In this document: piece after piece, positions 43,953 through 51,554 of the stretch
How the letters are laid out: each line of letters begins with the position of its first letter
Numbering within the stretch: the stretch's first letter is position 1
Assembly (NCBI GenBank): GCA_963725825.1
Contig: CAVSAI010000029.1
Span: 131,765-195,764 of the forward strand
Direction of reading: 5' to 3'
Source: Candidatus Aminicenantes bacterium
GTDB taxonomy: Bacteria; Acidobacteriota; Aminicenantia; Aminicenantales; Saccharicenantaceae
Length of the DNA stretch: 64,000 nt
Program-made: the position numbers and the translations under genes
Notes under the pieces: generated by a model
Told to the model about the DNA's origin: nothing
Database searches by the model: none
Seen by the model: only the letters and a program-made list of their open reading frames with translations

Positions 43953-45761
43953 ATGAAAAAGACGACCCTCTTTATTTTGATCGCGATCTTTTTGAGCCTC
44001 AGCGTTTCCGCCCAGGCCCCGGCCCCCGCCGCCAAGCCGGATGACCGGGCCAAGAACCTCGATCTGGTCGAGAAGACGGTCCCCGTGTCCGAGACCTTTA
44101 AAGTCGGGTTCGACACGATCTCGGCCAAAGACTCCCTGAGCATGCTCACGTTCATCGCCTCCGACCTCCTTGAAGGCCGGGAAACCGGCACCCGGGGCTT
44201 CCAAACGGCCGCCGAATACGCCGCGTCCCTTTTCGGGCTGGCCAAGCTCAAACCCGTCGGCGATATGCCCGCCCGGTCGTTCGGGATGGCCCAGATGATC
44301 GCCGGGTCCCAGGCGCCGCAAAAGCCGCTCGAGAACACCTACTTCCAGGAGTTCCCCCTCGTGGAGACGACCGAAACGACCAGCGCCCTCAGCCTCGAGA
44401 TCAGGCAGGGCGGCTCGGTCCGGACGCACACGTTCCGGCCCGCCGTCGATTACCAGGGCTTGGCCGCCTTGGGCGACACTCTGAGCGGACCCGTCGTCTT
44501 CGTCGGCTATGGGATCGGCGAGAAGGCGGCCGGGTTCGACGAATTCAAAGGGATCGACGTCAAGGGCAAGATCGTCATGCTCATCTCGGGCGTCCCCGAT
44601 TTTCTGTCGAAAGAGGTCAAAGCCAGGTATCCGATGCCGGGCATGTCTCAAAACGCCCCGCCGGCGCCCGGTCCGGCGGCAAAGCCCGTCGACCGGATCC
44701 AGGATCTTCACGACCGGGGCGCCGTGGCCGTTCTGGTCATCCGCGGCGGCGGACGCGACATCGACCGTTGGCGCGGGTTGATGCCTCCGAAGAGCGTCAG
44801 CGACGAGAGCCCGATCATCCACAAGCCCTACCATCGCGTCAGTCTCCCCGGCGAGATCGAAGACACGCCGTGGTCGCGCGCGGCGGTCGTGGGCATCACC
44901 CCGGGCACGGCCGACCGGATCCTCGAGCCCGTCGGAATGAAGCTCGATGACCTGAAAAAGAAGATCGAGGCTTCGAAGAGATCCGCGTCCCTCGACGTCC
45001 CGGGCGCTTTCGTCACGATGACTTCGACGCTGAAGACATCGACGATCCGCGGCATCAACGTCGTCGGCATCCTCGAGGGATCCGACCCCGAGCTCAAGGG
45101 CGAAGCGGTGGTCATCGGGGCCCATCTGGACCACACGGGCAAGTGGGAGGAATACATCTTCAATGGGGCCGACGACAACGGCTCGGGTTCCGTGGGCGTG
45201 CTGAACCTGGCCCGGGCCTTTGCCGCCAACCCCCAGAGGCCCAAGCGGACGCTGGTCTTCTGCCTGTGGTGCGGAGAGGAGGAGGGCCTTTTGGGTTCCA
45301 AGTACTTCGTGACCAACCCGCCCGCGCTCCTGAAAGCCAAGATCGTGGCCTATCTGAACTTCGATATGATGAGCCGGACTTATGACGAAAGATCGATCGC
45401 CTTTGCCGGGCGCATGATGAATTTCCCCTATGACCCGGATTTTATCAAGAGGATCAAGCTCGCCAATTTCGTGCCGGTCTCTTTCCCGGACGGGGCGGCC
45501 TTCGGCGACACCATCCGGGCCGCCAACCAGTATGTCGGTCTCGACGTCTATGTGCGCGAGACCAAGCGGACCGACGTCGGCTTCGGCGACTCCGACCACA
45601 CGTCCTTCCACGCCGCCAAGATCCCCTGGGTCTGGCCGTTCACGGCCGTCACCGAGAACCTTCACCGGACGAGCGACAGCGTCGACAAGGTCAGCGGGGA
45701 GCTGATGGAAAAAGTCTCCAAGCTGATGTACGTCATCGCCTGGCTCACAGCGGAGAAATAG
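43953..45761 (+). CDS. M28 family metallopeptidase with PA domain, secreted
   Basis: AGGAGG SD and a signal peptide. GAHLDH, NGADDNGSG, GEEEGLLGS and DSDH motifs. Confidence 0.85.
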   Translation: MKKTTLFILIAIFLSLSVSAQAPAPAAKPDDRAKNLDLVEKTVPVSETFKVGFDTISAKDSLSMLTFIASDLLEGRETGTRGFQTAAEYAASLFGLAKLKPVGDMPARSFGMAQMIAGSQAPQKPLENTYFQEFPLVETTETTSALSLEIRQGGSVRTHTFRPAVDYQGLAALGDTLSGPVVFVGYGIGEKAAGFDEFKGIDVKGKIVMLISGVPDFLSKEVKARYPMPGMSQNAPPAPGPAAKPVDRIQDLHDRGAVAVLVIRGGGRDIDRWRGLMPPKSVSDESPIIHKPYHRVSLPGEIEDTPWSRAAVVGITPGTADRILEPVGMKLDDLKKKIEASKRSASLDVPGAFVTMTSTLKTSTIRGINVVGILEGSDPELKGEAVVIGAHLDHTGKWEEYIFNGADDNGSGSVGVLNLARAFAANPQRPKRTLVFCLWCGEEEGLLGSKYFVTNPPALLKAKIVAYLNFDMMSRTYDERSIAFAGRMMNFPYDPDFIKRIKLANFVPVSFPDGAAFGDTIRAANQYVGLDVYVRETKRTDVGFGDSDHTSFHAAKIPWVWPFTAVTENLHRTSDSVDKVSGELMEKVSKLMYVIAWLTAEK

Positions 45762-45875
45762 CCTGGCGTCTTGGACCGGAGGGTGGCTTTTTGGCCGGAA
45801 TCCTGATATACATAGGTCCGTCGTTTTTCGGCCGGCAGGGGATCGATTGCCGGAAAAATCGGAATGGAGGCAGAC

Positions 45876-46316
45876 ATGGGCTTGAAGCGCAAACAGATCG
45901 TCACGTTGCAGAAGGCAACTTTCGAGAAAGACCTGAAGGACCGGATGGCGCGCCTTTCGGAGAAGGGGATCAAGGGGCGCCAGGCTGACAGGGACCCGAT
46001 CGTCAGGAGATTGAAGGCTGACATCAAGGCTTCAATGAAGAGGCTGGGCCGGATCGCCGAGGACGAAAAGCGGACCGAAGAGATGGCCCGGATCAAAGCC
46101 GAAAGGGCCGCCGCTCCCAAGAAGGAAAAGGAAGCCGTCAAAGCCGAGAAGGCCAAGCCCGCCGCGAAGGAGGGCAAGCCCAAGAAGGTGAAAGCCCCCG
46201 AGGGCGCGCCGGCTTCGAAGCCTCCGGTATCTCCCGAAGAGGGCAAGGCGCCAAAGAAAAAAGCAGAACGTCCGGCGGAGAAGCCGGCCGAGACGAAGAC
46301 GCAGAAACCCGAATAG
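45876..46316 (+). CDS. lysine/alanine/proline-rich basic protein (histone H1-like tail), function unknown
   Basis: The ATG at 45876 has a GGAGG SD 5 nt upstream (the track start at 45864 contains that SD). The C-terminal 70 aa are AAPKKEKEAVKAEKAKPAAKEGKPKKVKAP-type low complexity. Confidence 0.6.
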   Translation: MGLKRKQIVTLQKATFEKDLKDRMARLSEKGIKGRQADRDPIVRRLKADIKASMKRLGRIAEDEKRTEEMARIKAERAAAPKKEKEAVKAEKAKPAAKEGKPKKVKAPEGAPASKPPVSPEEGKAPKKKAERPAEKPAETKTQKPE

Positions 46317-46652
46317 TCCGTGTCGCGACCTTGCCCCATGTTCCGGACCGACGGGGTGTGGAGCCATGCTATCTGAACCAAGAACGGCATAGCGCTCCAA
46401 AATTGTATCAAATATGGACATGGCAGATTTTAGCACTTTAGCCGCGTCAAAAAAACCAAGCTCATATGGGGAAACGAGGCTCCTGACGGGTCTTGACTAA
46501 TCCACTCACATGATTTACCCTGTACTTGAGGATGGGCCAGGGAAAATCAGGAAAAGGAAACGGAGAAGTCCTACCGAAAGAGCAGCAGGTTTTTGACCTG
46601 TCTCGGTTGAAAGTGCCCAGTCCTATATTCTCGGTATAAGTAAGGGAGCGCT

Positions 46653-48077
46653 ATGATGGAAAACAGAAGATGGATCGCGGCCTCATGCGTTTTAGCGGTT
46701 TTGTTGCTGACGTTCGGCTGCGTTCTAAGCGAAAGAGACGATCATCCGGGGCCGGAATCAACATACGGATGGAGTTGGGAGGCTGGGAGCACCACCACTG
46801 ACGCGACGGGGGTTTACGGGACCAAGGGGGTCGCTTCTTCGTCGAATTACCCGGGAGCCAGAGGCTACCACATCATTTGGTTCGATCCTGCCGGAACCGT
46901 CTGGCTTTTCGGCGGTCACGCGTCCTCGTCGTCGGAAACGGCCAACGAGATCAACGACCTCTGGAAATATACTCCGGGAACGGGAGCCTGGACCTGGGTG
47001 TCGGGTGCAAACACGCTCAACCAGCCGGGCGTCTATGGCGTCCGGGGTACCGCCGCCCCTTCGAATGTTCCCGGGGCCAGGGACACCTGCGCATCGTGGC
47101 GCGATTCGAACGGTCAGCTCTGGCTCTTCGGCGGATTCGGGACCGATTCGGCCGGAAATGAAGGCAATCTCAACGACCTGTGGATGTTCGACCCGGCTTC
47201 CGCCGAGTGGACCTGGGTTTCAGGCAGCGAGATCGTTGGCTTGGCCGGGGTCTATGGAACCAAAGGCGTGGCAGATCCCGCGAACGTCCCCGGGGCCAGG
47301 TTCGGTGCCGTGTCCTGGGTGGGCGCCGACGGGAAATTCTGGCTCTTCGGCGGTTCCATCGCCATCACGCCCAACGGGGCTCATGACTTCAATGACCTGT
47401 GGAGCTTCGACCCGGCCACCCGCGAATGGACGTGGGTCTCCGGAAGCGACTTCAGCGGCGATATCGGCGTCTACGGAACGAAGGGTGTCGCCACCCCGAC
47501 GAACGTTCCCGGAGCGAGGGAAGCCTCCGCGTCCTGGCGCGATTCGAGCGGCCAGCTCTGGCTCTTCGGCGGATTCGGGAGGGGCGCGACCACGGATTCG
47601 GGACAGCTCAGCGATGTCTGGAAGTTCGACCCCGCGACGGTCCAATGGACCTGGGTCGCCGGCACGGAGACCGTCAATCAGCCGGGCATCTATGGCACCA
47701 TGGGAACGGCGTCTTCATCCAATAACCCCGGAGGCCGGAGCGGCGCCAATGCCTGGCTCGATCCCAACGGCAAATTCTGGATGTTCGGCGGCGCGGGCTA
47801 CAACGAGGCCGGCGGCTCCGGCTCGCTCAACGACCTGTGGAAGTACGACCCTTCAACGTCCGAATGGACCTGGATCACCGGCAGCAAGGCGGTCAATCAG
47901 GTGGGCGATCTGAGCGACTTGGGCACGCGATATCTGACCAACAATCCGGGAGGCCGGGAGTATTCGGCCGGCTGGATCGATTCGTCCGGCCGGCTGTGGC
48001 TGCTCGGCGGCAAGGGCTACGGGGCCGGCAGCGGCAAAAGCTGGCTCAACGACATGTGGGAGTACATCCTGCAATAA
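46653..48077 (+). CDS. Kelch-like beta-propeller repeat lipoprotein
   Basis: LLTFGC lipobox. 6-7 units of NDLW-FDP-EWTWVSG-GVYGTKG-NVPGAR-W-D-G-LWLFGG. Confidence 0.8.
   Translation: MMENRRWIAASCVLAVLLLTFGCVLSERDDHPGPESTYGWSWEAGSTTTDATGVYGTKGVASSSNYPGARGYHIIWFDPAGTVWLFGGHASSSSETANEINDLWKYTPGTGAWTWVSGANTLNQPGVYGVRGTAAPSNVPGARDTCASWRDSNGQLWLFGGFGTDSAGNEGNLNDLWMFDPASAEWTWVSGSEIVGLAGVYGTKGVADPANVPGARFGAVSWVGADGKFWLFGGSIAITPNGAHDFNDLWSFDPATREWTWVSGSDFSGDIGVYGTKGVATPTNVPGAREASASWRDSSGQLWLFGGFGRGATTDSGQLSDVWKFDPATVQWTWVAGTETVNQPGIYGTMGTASSSNNPGGRSGANAWLDPNGKFWMFGGAGYNEAGGSGSLNDLWKYDPSTSEWTWITGSKAVNQVGDLSDLGTRYLTNNPGGREYSAGWIDSSGRLWLLGGKGYGAGSGKSWLNDMWEYILQ
47097..47580 (+). repeat. intragenic duplication (438-nt period) inside the Kelch-like gene
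   Basis: The 46-nt segment TGGCGCGATTCGAACGGTCAGCTCTGGCTCTTCGGCGGATTCGGGA at 47097-47142 recurs at 47535-47580 with 2 mismatches. The offset of 438 nt equals a two-blade unit of 146 aa. Confidence 0.8.
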
Positions 48078-48137
48078 CAGCCTTGGGGGGCTGTCAGCCC
48101 CGGGATCTGTGTTGAGAGAGGGCCGGTGAGCCGGGGC

Positions 48138-49292
48138 CTAGATATTGACTTTCGCCCAGGCGCCGGATTTGTTTGACCGGACAGCGGCGTCGATAACGCG
48201 CATCATGTCGTGGCCCGTCCCGAAGTCGGGGAACGTCGCCTGATAGGGCTTCCCGGCCCGCTTGGCGGCCAGCGCCTCATAATAGTCGCGGAATAGGTTG
48301 AACACGGCGTCGTGGTAGCCCAGGGGGTGGCCCGTGGGCAGGGTGGCGTACTTCCGGGTATCGGGGGTCTGGTGCTGCGAGGATTCGTAGAAGACCTCGT
48401 TGGCCCGCTCCCGGTGCCCGATCCAAAGGGCGTTGGGGTGGACGTGGCTCCAGGCGTAGGATTCCTTCGAGCCGAAAACCTGGACCTCGAGATCGACCTT
48501 GCGGCCGGCCGCCGCTTGGCAGGTCGCGAAGCTGCCTCTGGCCCCGTTCTCGAGCTTCAGGAAGACGGACGCGTAATCATCGAGCGTGATTTCGACTTCC
48601 TCGGAATCCCCGGCCTCTCCGGCGCCGAACGATAACGGCCCCGCCTTGGGTTTCCGGCGCTTCGGCAGGCAGGTGTGGAGCTCGGCCATGACCTCGACGA
48701 TCTTTTCCCCGGTGATGAACTGGACCAGGTCGAACCAGTGGCTTCCGAGATCGGCGACGACGTTGGCCTGTCCCGCGACCTTGGGGTCCAGTCGCCAGGA
48801 GTAATCGGTCTCGAAAAAAAGCCAATCCTGGAGGAAGTGGCCGACAAAGGCCCGGACCTCGCCGAGGTCGCCCCGCCTGGCCCTCGCCGCGGCCTCCTGG
48901 ACGACCGGGTAATAGCGATAGCAGAAGTCGATCGCCGTCAGGGTGCCGTGTTTTCGCGCCAACTCCAGAAGCTCGCCTGACTCGCGGGAGTCGAGGGCCA
49001 GCGGCTTTTCGGAAAGCAGCTCCTTGCCGGCCCGGATGGCCTTGGCGTTGATGTCGAAATGGACGTTGTTCGGGGCGCAGTTATGAACGACGTCGACCTC
49101 CGGGTCGGCGATGAGAGCGTCGGCGCTCTCGGAGACGCGCCCGATGCCGAACTTTCCTGCGGCCGCCCGTGCCAAGTCGGCATTCGTGTCGGCCACGGCC
49201 ACGACCTCGACGTCGCCGAGGCGCCTCAGCATCTCCAGATGCACGAGGCCGATATAACCCGTCCCGATGAGCCCGACCTTGATCGTTTTCAT
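48138..49292 (-). CDS. Gfo/Idh/MocA family oxidoreductase
   Basis: ATG 49292 with a GGAGGTG SD. VGLIGTGYIGLVH Rossmann motif and EKPLA motif. Confidence 0.85.
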   Translation of the reverse strand: MKTIKVGLIGTGYIGLVHLEMLRRLGDVEVVAVADTNADLARAAAGKFGIGRVSESADALIADPEVDVVHNCAPNNVHFDINAKAIRAGKELLSEKPLALDSRESGELLELARKHGTLTAIDFCYRYYPVVQEAAARARRGDLGEVRAFVGHFLQDWLFFETDYSWRLDPKVAGQANVVADLGSHWFDLVQFITGEKIVEVMAELHTCLPKRRKPKAGPLSFGAGEAGDSEEVEITLDDYASVFLKLENGARGSFATCQAAAGRKVDLEVQVFGSKESYAWSHVHPNALWIGHRERANEVFYESSQHQTPDTRKYATLPTGHPLGYHDAVFNLFRDYYEALAAKRAGKPYQATFPDFGTGHDMMRVIDAAVRSNKSGAWAKVNI

Positions 49293-49357
49293 GGCCACCT
49301 CCGATCCGGGGACAGCATAAACCAAGGGCTGTCCGGGGTAAAGAGGCCTCACCCGGG

Positions 49358-49386
49358 TTGCCAAGTTGGTCCGATTCGTATAAATA
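49358..49386 (+). promoter_or_regulatory. sigma70-like promoter of the Fe-S protein gene (probable leaderless transcript)
   Basis: TTGCCA (49358-49363), N17, TAAATA (49381-49386), or N15 TATAAA. The ATG at 49393 is 6-8 nt downstream and no SD is possible. Confidence 0.45.
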
Positions 49387-49392
49387 AGGCCC

Positions 49393-50673
49393 ATGGCTCA
49401 TTTGGCCGCGCGAACCGGGTACCAGAAGCTCGTCCAGAGGCTGAACAAAGCCCCTCAAGGCGCGCCGCCGTCGGCGCTGCTCTACGAGATCCTCAAGATC
49501 CTCATGAGCGAGAAGGAGGCCTCACTCGTGGCCCTCGTCCCGATCAGGCCGTTCACGTCCAAAACGGCCGCCCGGGCCTGGAGGATGAAGCCGGCGGACG
49601 CGGAACGAGCCCTGGAAGGCCTGGCCTCGAGGGCCCTGCTCGTCGACATCGAAGGCCGCAAGAACCGTTACTATGTCCTGCCGCCGCCCATGGCCGGCTT
49701 CTTCGAGTTCTCGATGATGCGGCTGCGCGGCGACGTCGACCAGAAGCTCCTGGCCCAGCTCTACCATCAGTACATCACGGTCGAAGAGGATTTCATCAAG
49801 GCCCTGTTCACGCAGGGGGAGACCCAGCTCGGTCGCGCCTTTGTCAACGAGGCGGTCCTGTCGAACGAAAACGCGCTCCGCGTCCTCGACTACGAGCGGG
49901 CGAGCGAGGTCATCAAGACGGCTTCCCACCGCGGCGTCGGCCTCTGCTATTGCCGGCACAAGATGGAGCACGCCGGCGAGGCTTGCGACGCCCCCCTCGA
50001 CATCTGCATGACCTTCAATACGACAGCCGCGTCCCTCGTCCGGCACGGCTATGCCCGGGCGGTCGACGTCGGCGAGGGGCTCGCGCTGCTCGACGAGGCG
50101 CGGGGCCGAAACCTGGTCCAGTTCGGGGAAAACATCAGGAGCCGGGTCAGCTTCATCTGCAACTGTTGCGGCTGCTGCTGCGAGGCCATGATCGCGCAGC
50201 GGCGCTTCGGACTCCTCGAGCCCATCCACACGACGAACTTCCTGCCCCTTGTCGACATCGGGTCTTGCTCGGGCTGCGGCGATTGCGCCGCCGCGTGCCC
50301 CGTCGAGGCCATGACTCTGGCATCGGCCAACGATCCGTGCCATCCCAAGAAGAAGCGGGCCCGCTTAAACGAAGCGGTCTGCCTCGGCTGCGGGGTTTGC
50401 GTCGCTGCGTGCCGGGCCGGGAGCCTCTCGCTCGAGTCCAGGCCCGAGCGGGTCATCACGCCTCTCAACTCGGTCCACAAGGCCGTCCTGATGGCCATCG
50501 AGCGCGGCAAGCTCCAAAACCTGATCTTCGACAATCAGGCGCTCGCCAGCCATCGGGCCATGGCCGCGGTCCTCGGGGTCATCCTCAAGCTCCCCCCGCT
50601 CAAGCGGGCGCTGGCCGGCAGGCAGATGAGATCGCGCTATCTTGAGACCCTGATCGCCCGCCTCAAGGTCTGA
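49393..50673 (+). CDS. 4Fe-4S dicluster domain protein with additional Cys-rich motifs
   Basis: CSGCGDCAAACP and CLGCGVCVAACR ferredoxin motifs, plus CYCRHKMEHAGEAC and CNCCGCCCE clusters. Confidence 0.75.
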   Translation: MAHLAARTGYQKLVQRLNKAPQGAPPSALLYEILKILMSEKEASLVALVPIRPFTSKTAARAWRMKPADAERALEGLASRALLVDIEGRKNRYYVLPPPMAGFFEFSMMRLRGDVDQKLLAQLYHQYITVEEDFIKALFTQGETQLGRAFVNEAVLSNENALRVLDYERASEVIKTASHRGVGLCYCRHKMEHAGEACDAPLDICMTFNTTAASLVRHGYARAVDVGEGLALLDEARGRNLVQFGENIRSRVSFICNCCGCCCEAMIAQRRFGLLEPIHTTNFLPLVDIGSCSGCGDCAAACPVEAMTLASANDPCHPKKKRARLNEAVCLGCGVCVAACRAGSLSLESRPERVITPLNSVHKAVLMAIERGKLQNLIFDNQALASHRAMAAVLGVILKLPPLKRALAGRQMRSRYLETLIARLKV

Positions 50674-50690
50674 TCCCCTTCGCCTCCTGC

Positions 50691-50727
50691 AAAAAAAGAG
50701 CGCCTCACCCCGCGGGAGGTGAGGCGC
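50691..50727 (-). terminator. rho-independent terminator of the OMP gene
   Basis: GCGCCTCACC / GGTGAGGCGC stem with an 8-nt loop, followed on the minus strand by TTTTTTT. Confidence 0.7.
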
Positions 50728-50765
50728 GATAGGAGGTAACGAGAAATTCGGAGATCGGGACGGAC

Positions 50766-51386
50766 CTAGAACCCGATGCCGACCAGGGCCATGATCGACC
50801 GGTTCTTGATGGATTCACCGGGCAGCGCATCCTTCTCGACGTTCGCCAGGCCGAGGTTGTAGCGGCCTTCGACGGAGAGGGAGATCCCGGGCAGCCGGAA
50901 CGTCACTCCCGCGGCCCCGACGACGCCGTAGTCATACTTCTGCATCATGTCGGCCACGTCGGTCTCTTCCGAGACGCCTTCGACGACCATGACGCCCTTA
51001 GCTCTGAGAAGGTACGAGCCGTAGCCGCCGACCGCGATGAAGGGGCGGACAGGCCCGACCGGGATGACGTTGAGCTTGATGAGGATGGGGACCTGGATAT
51101 AGTCGAACCGGTATTGCAGGCTGTCCGCGTCGACCGAGTACTTCGCTCCCATCCGGGTGTAGAGCACTTCCGGCTGAAGGGAGAAGAGGCCCAAGTTGAT
51201 ATTGAAATAGAGGCCGCCGACGAAGTAGGGCAGATACCCGAACACGAACGGCGGGGGCTCGCTCGAAGTCAACGAGAACTTCGACCAGGAATAGCCGCCC
51301 TTGATGCCGACACCGGCGCTGAGCGTCTGGGGGACGAGAGCGACCAAGACCAGGGCGACCAGGACCACGATCATTGCTTTTTTCAT
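50766..51386 (-). CDS. outer-membrane beta-barrel protein (OmpA-like/porin family 8-10 strand type)
   Basis: AAGGAG SD and a signal peptide. Alternating hydrophobic beta-strand pattern. C-terminal aromatic ...LVGIGF. Confidence 0.75.
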   Translation of the reverse strand: MKKAMIVVLVALVLVALVPQTLSAGVGIKGGYSWSKFSLTSSEPPPFVFGYLPYFVGGLYFNINLGLFSLQPEVLYTRMGAKYSVDADSLQYRFDYIQVPILIKLNVIPVGPVRPFIAVGGYGSYLLRAKGVMVVEGVSEETDVADMMQKYDYGVVGAAGVTFRLPGISLSVEGRYNLGLANVEKDALPGESIKNRSIMALVGIGF

Positions 51387-51514
51387 GAGGACTCCTTGAT
51401 CAAATAGATTCCCGTCCAGTTTAGGCCCTGGGCCGGCGGGGTCAATCATCGTTTCAGGTGTTATCAGGGGTGACTTTTAGCCCGCACGCCTCATCTTGAC
51501 AGGGGAGGGGGAGG

Positions 51515-51543
51515 TTGACCGGTCCCGAACCGGCATGTTATAA
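51515..51543 (+). promoter_or_regulatory. sigma70-like promoter of the CPA2 antiporter gene
   Basis: TTGACC (51515-51520), N17, TTATAA (51538-51543). The ATG is 11 nt downstream. Confidence 0.5.
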
Positions 51544-51554
51544 GCGGAAGCGAC

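Noticed and set aside
45662-46436. Minus-strand ORFs (249 aa and 134 aa) opposite the Lys-rich protein gene.
   Set aside because: They are antisense to a repetitive AAG/GCC-rich coding region, their translations are Phe/Leu/Ser/Gly low complexity, and they have no SD. The plus-strand gene has a GGAGG SD.
46510-46599. A 29-aa ORF (MIYPVLEDGPGKIRKRKRRSPTERAAGF) in the long intergenic region upstream of the Kelch-like gene.
   Set aside because: It has no SD, its codon usage is atypical for this genome, and it overlaps the putative -10 of the only plausible promoter.
46653-48077. Periodic nucleotide repeats that could be mistaken for a CRISPR-like or tandem-repeat array.
   Set aside because: The repeats are in frame and correspond to Kelch-like propeller blades. 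The period is about 219/438 nt with divergent copies, and there is no repeat-spacer architecture.
42751-48137. Possible integrated mobile element or genomic island at the tRNA-Arg 3' flank.
   Set aside because: No integrase, recombinase, transposase or phage gene is present. I found no direct repeat of the tRNA 3' end. Genes beyond the first 500 bp have the same GC3 bias and SD usage as the rest of the window.
49310-49334. Imperfect palindrome GGACAGC-N11-GCTGTCC between the divergent Gfo/Idh/MocA and Fe-S protein genes, as a possible operator.
   Set aside because: It has only 7-bp arms and lies in the likely 5' UTR of the oxidoreductase gene. There is no second copy and no regulator gene nearby. 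It cannot be distinguished from a chance hairpin without comparative data.
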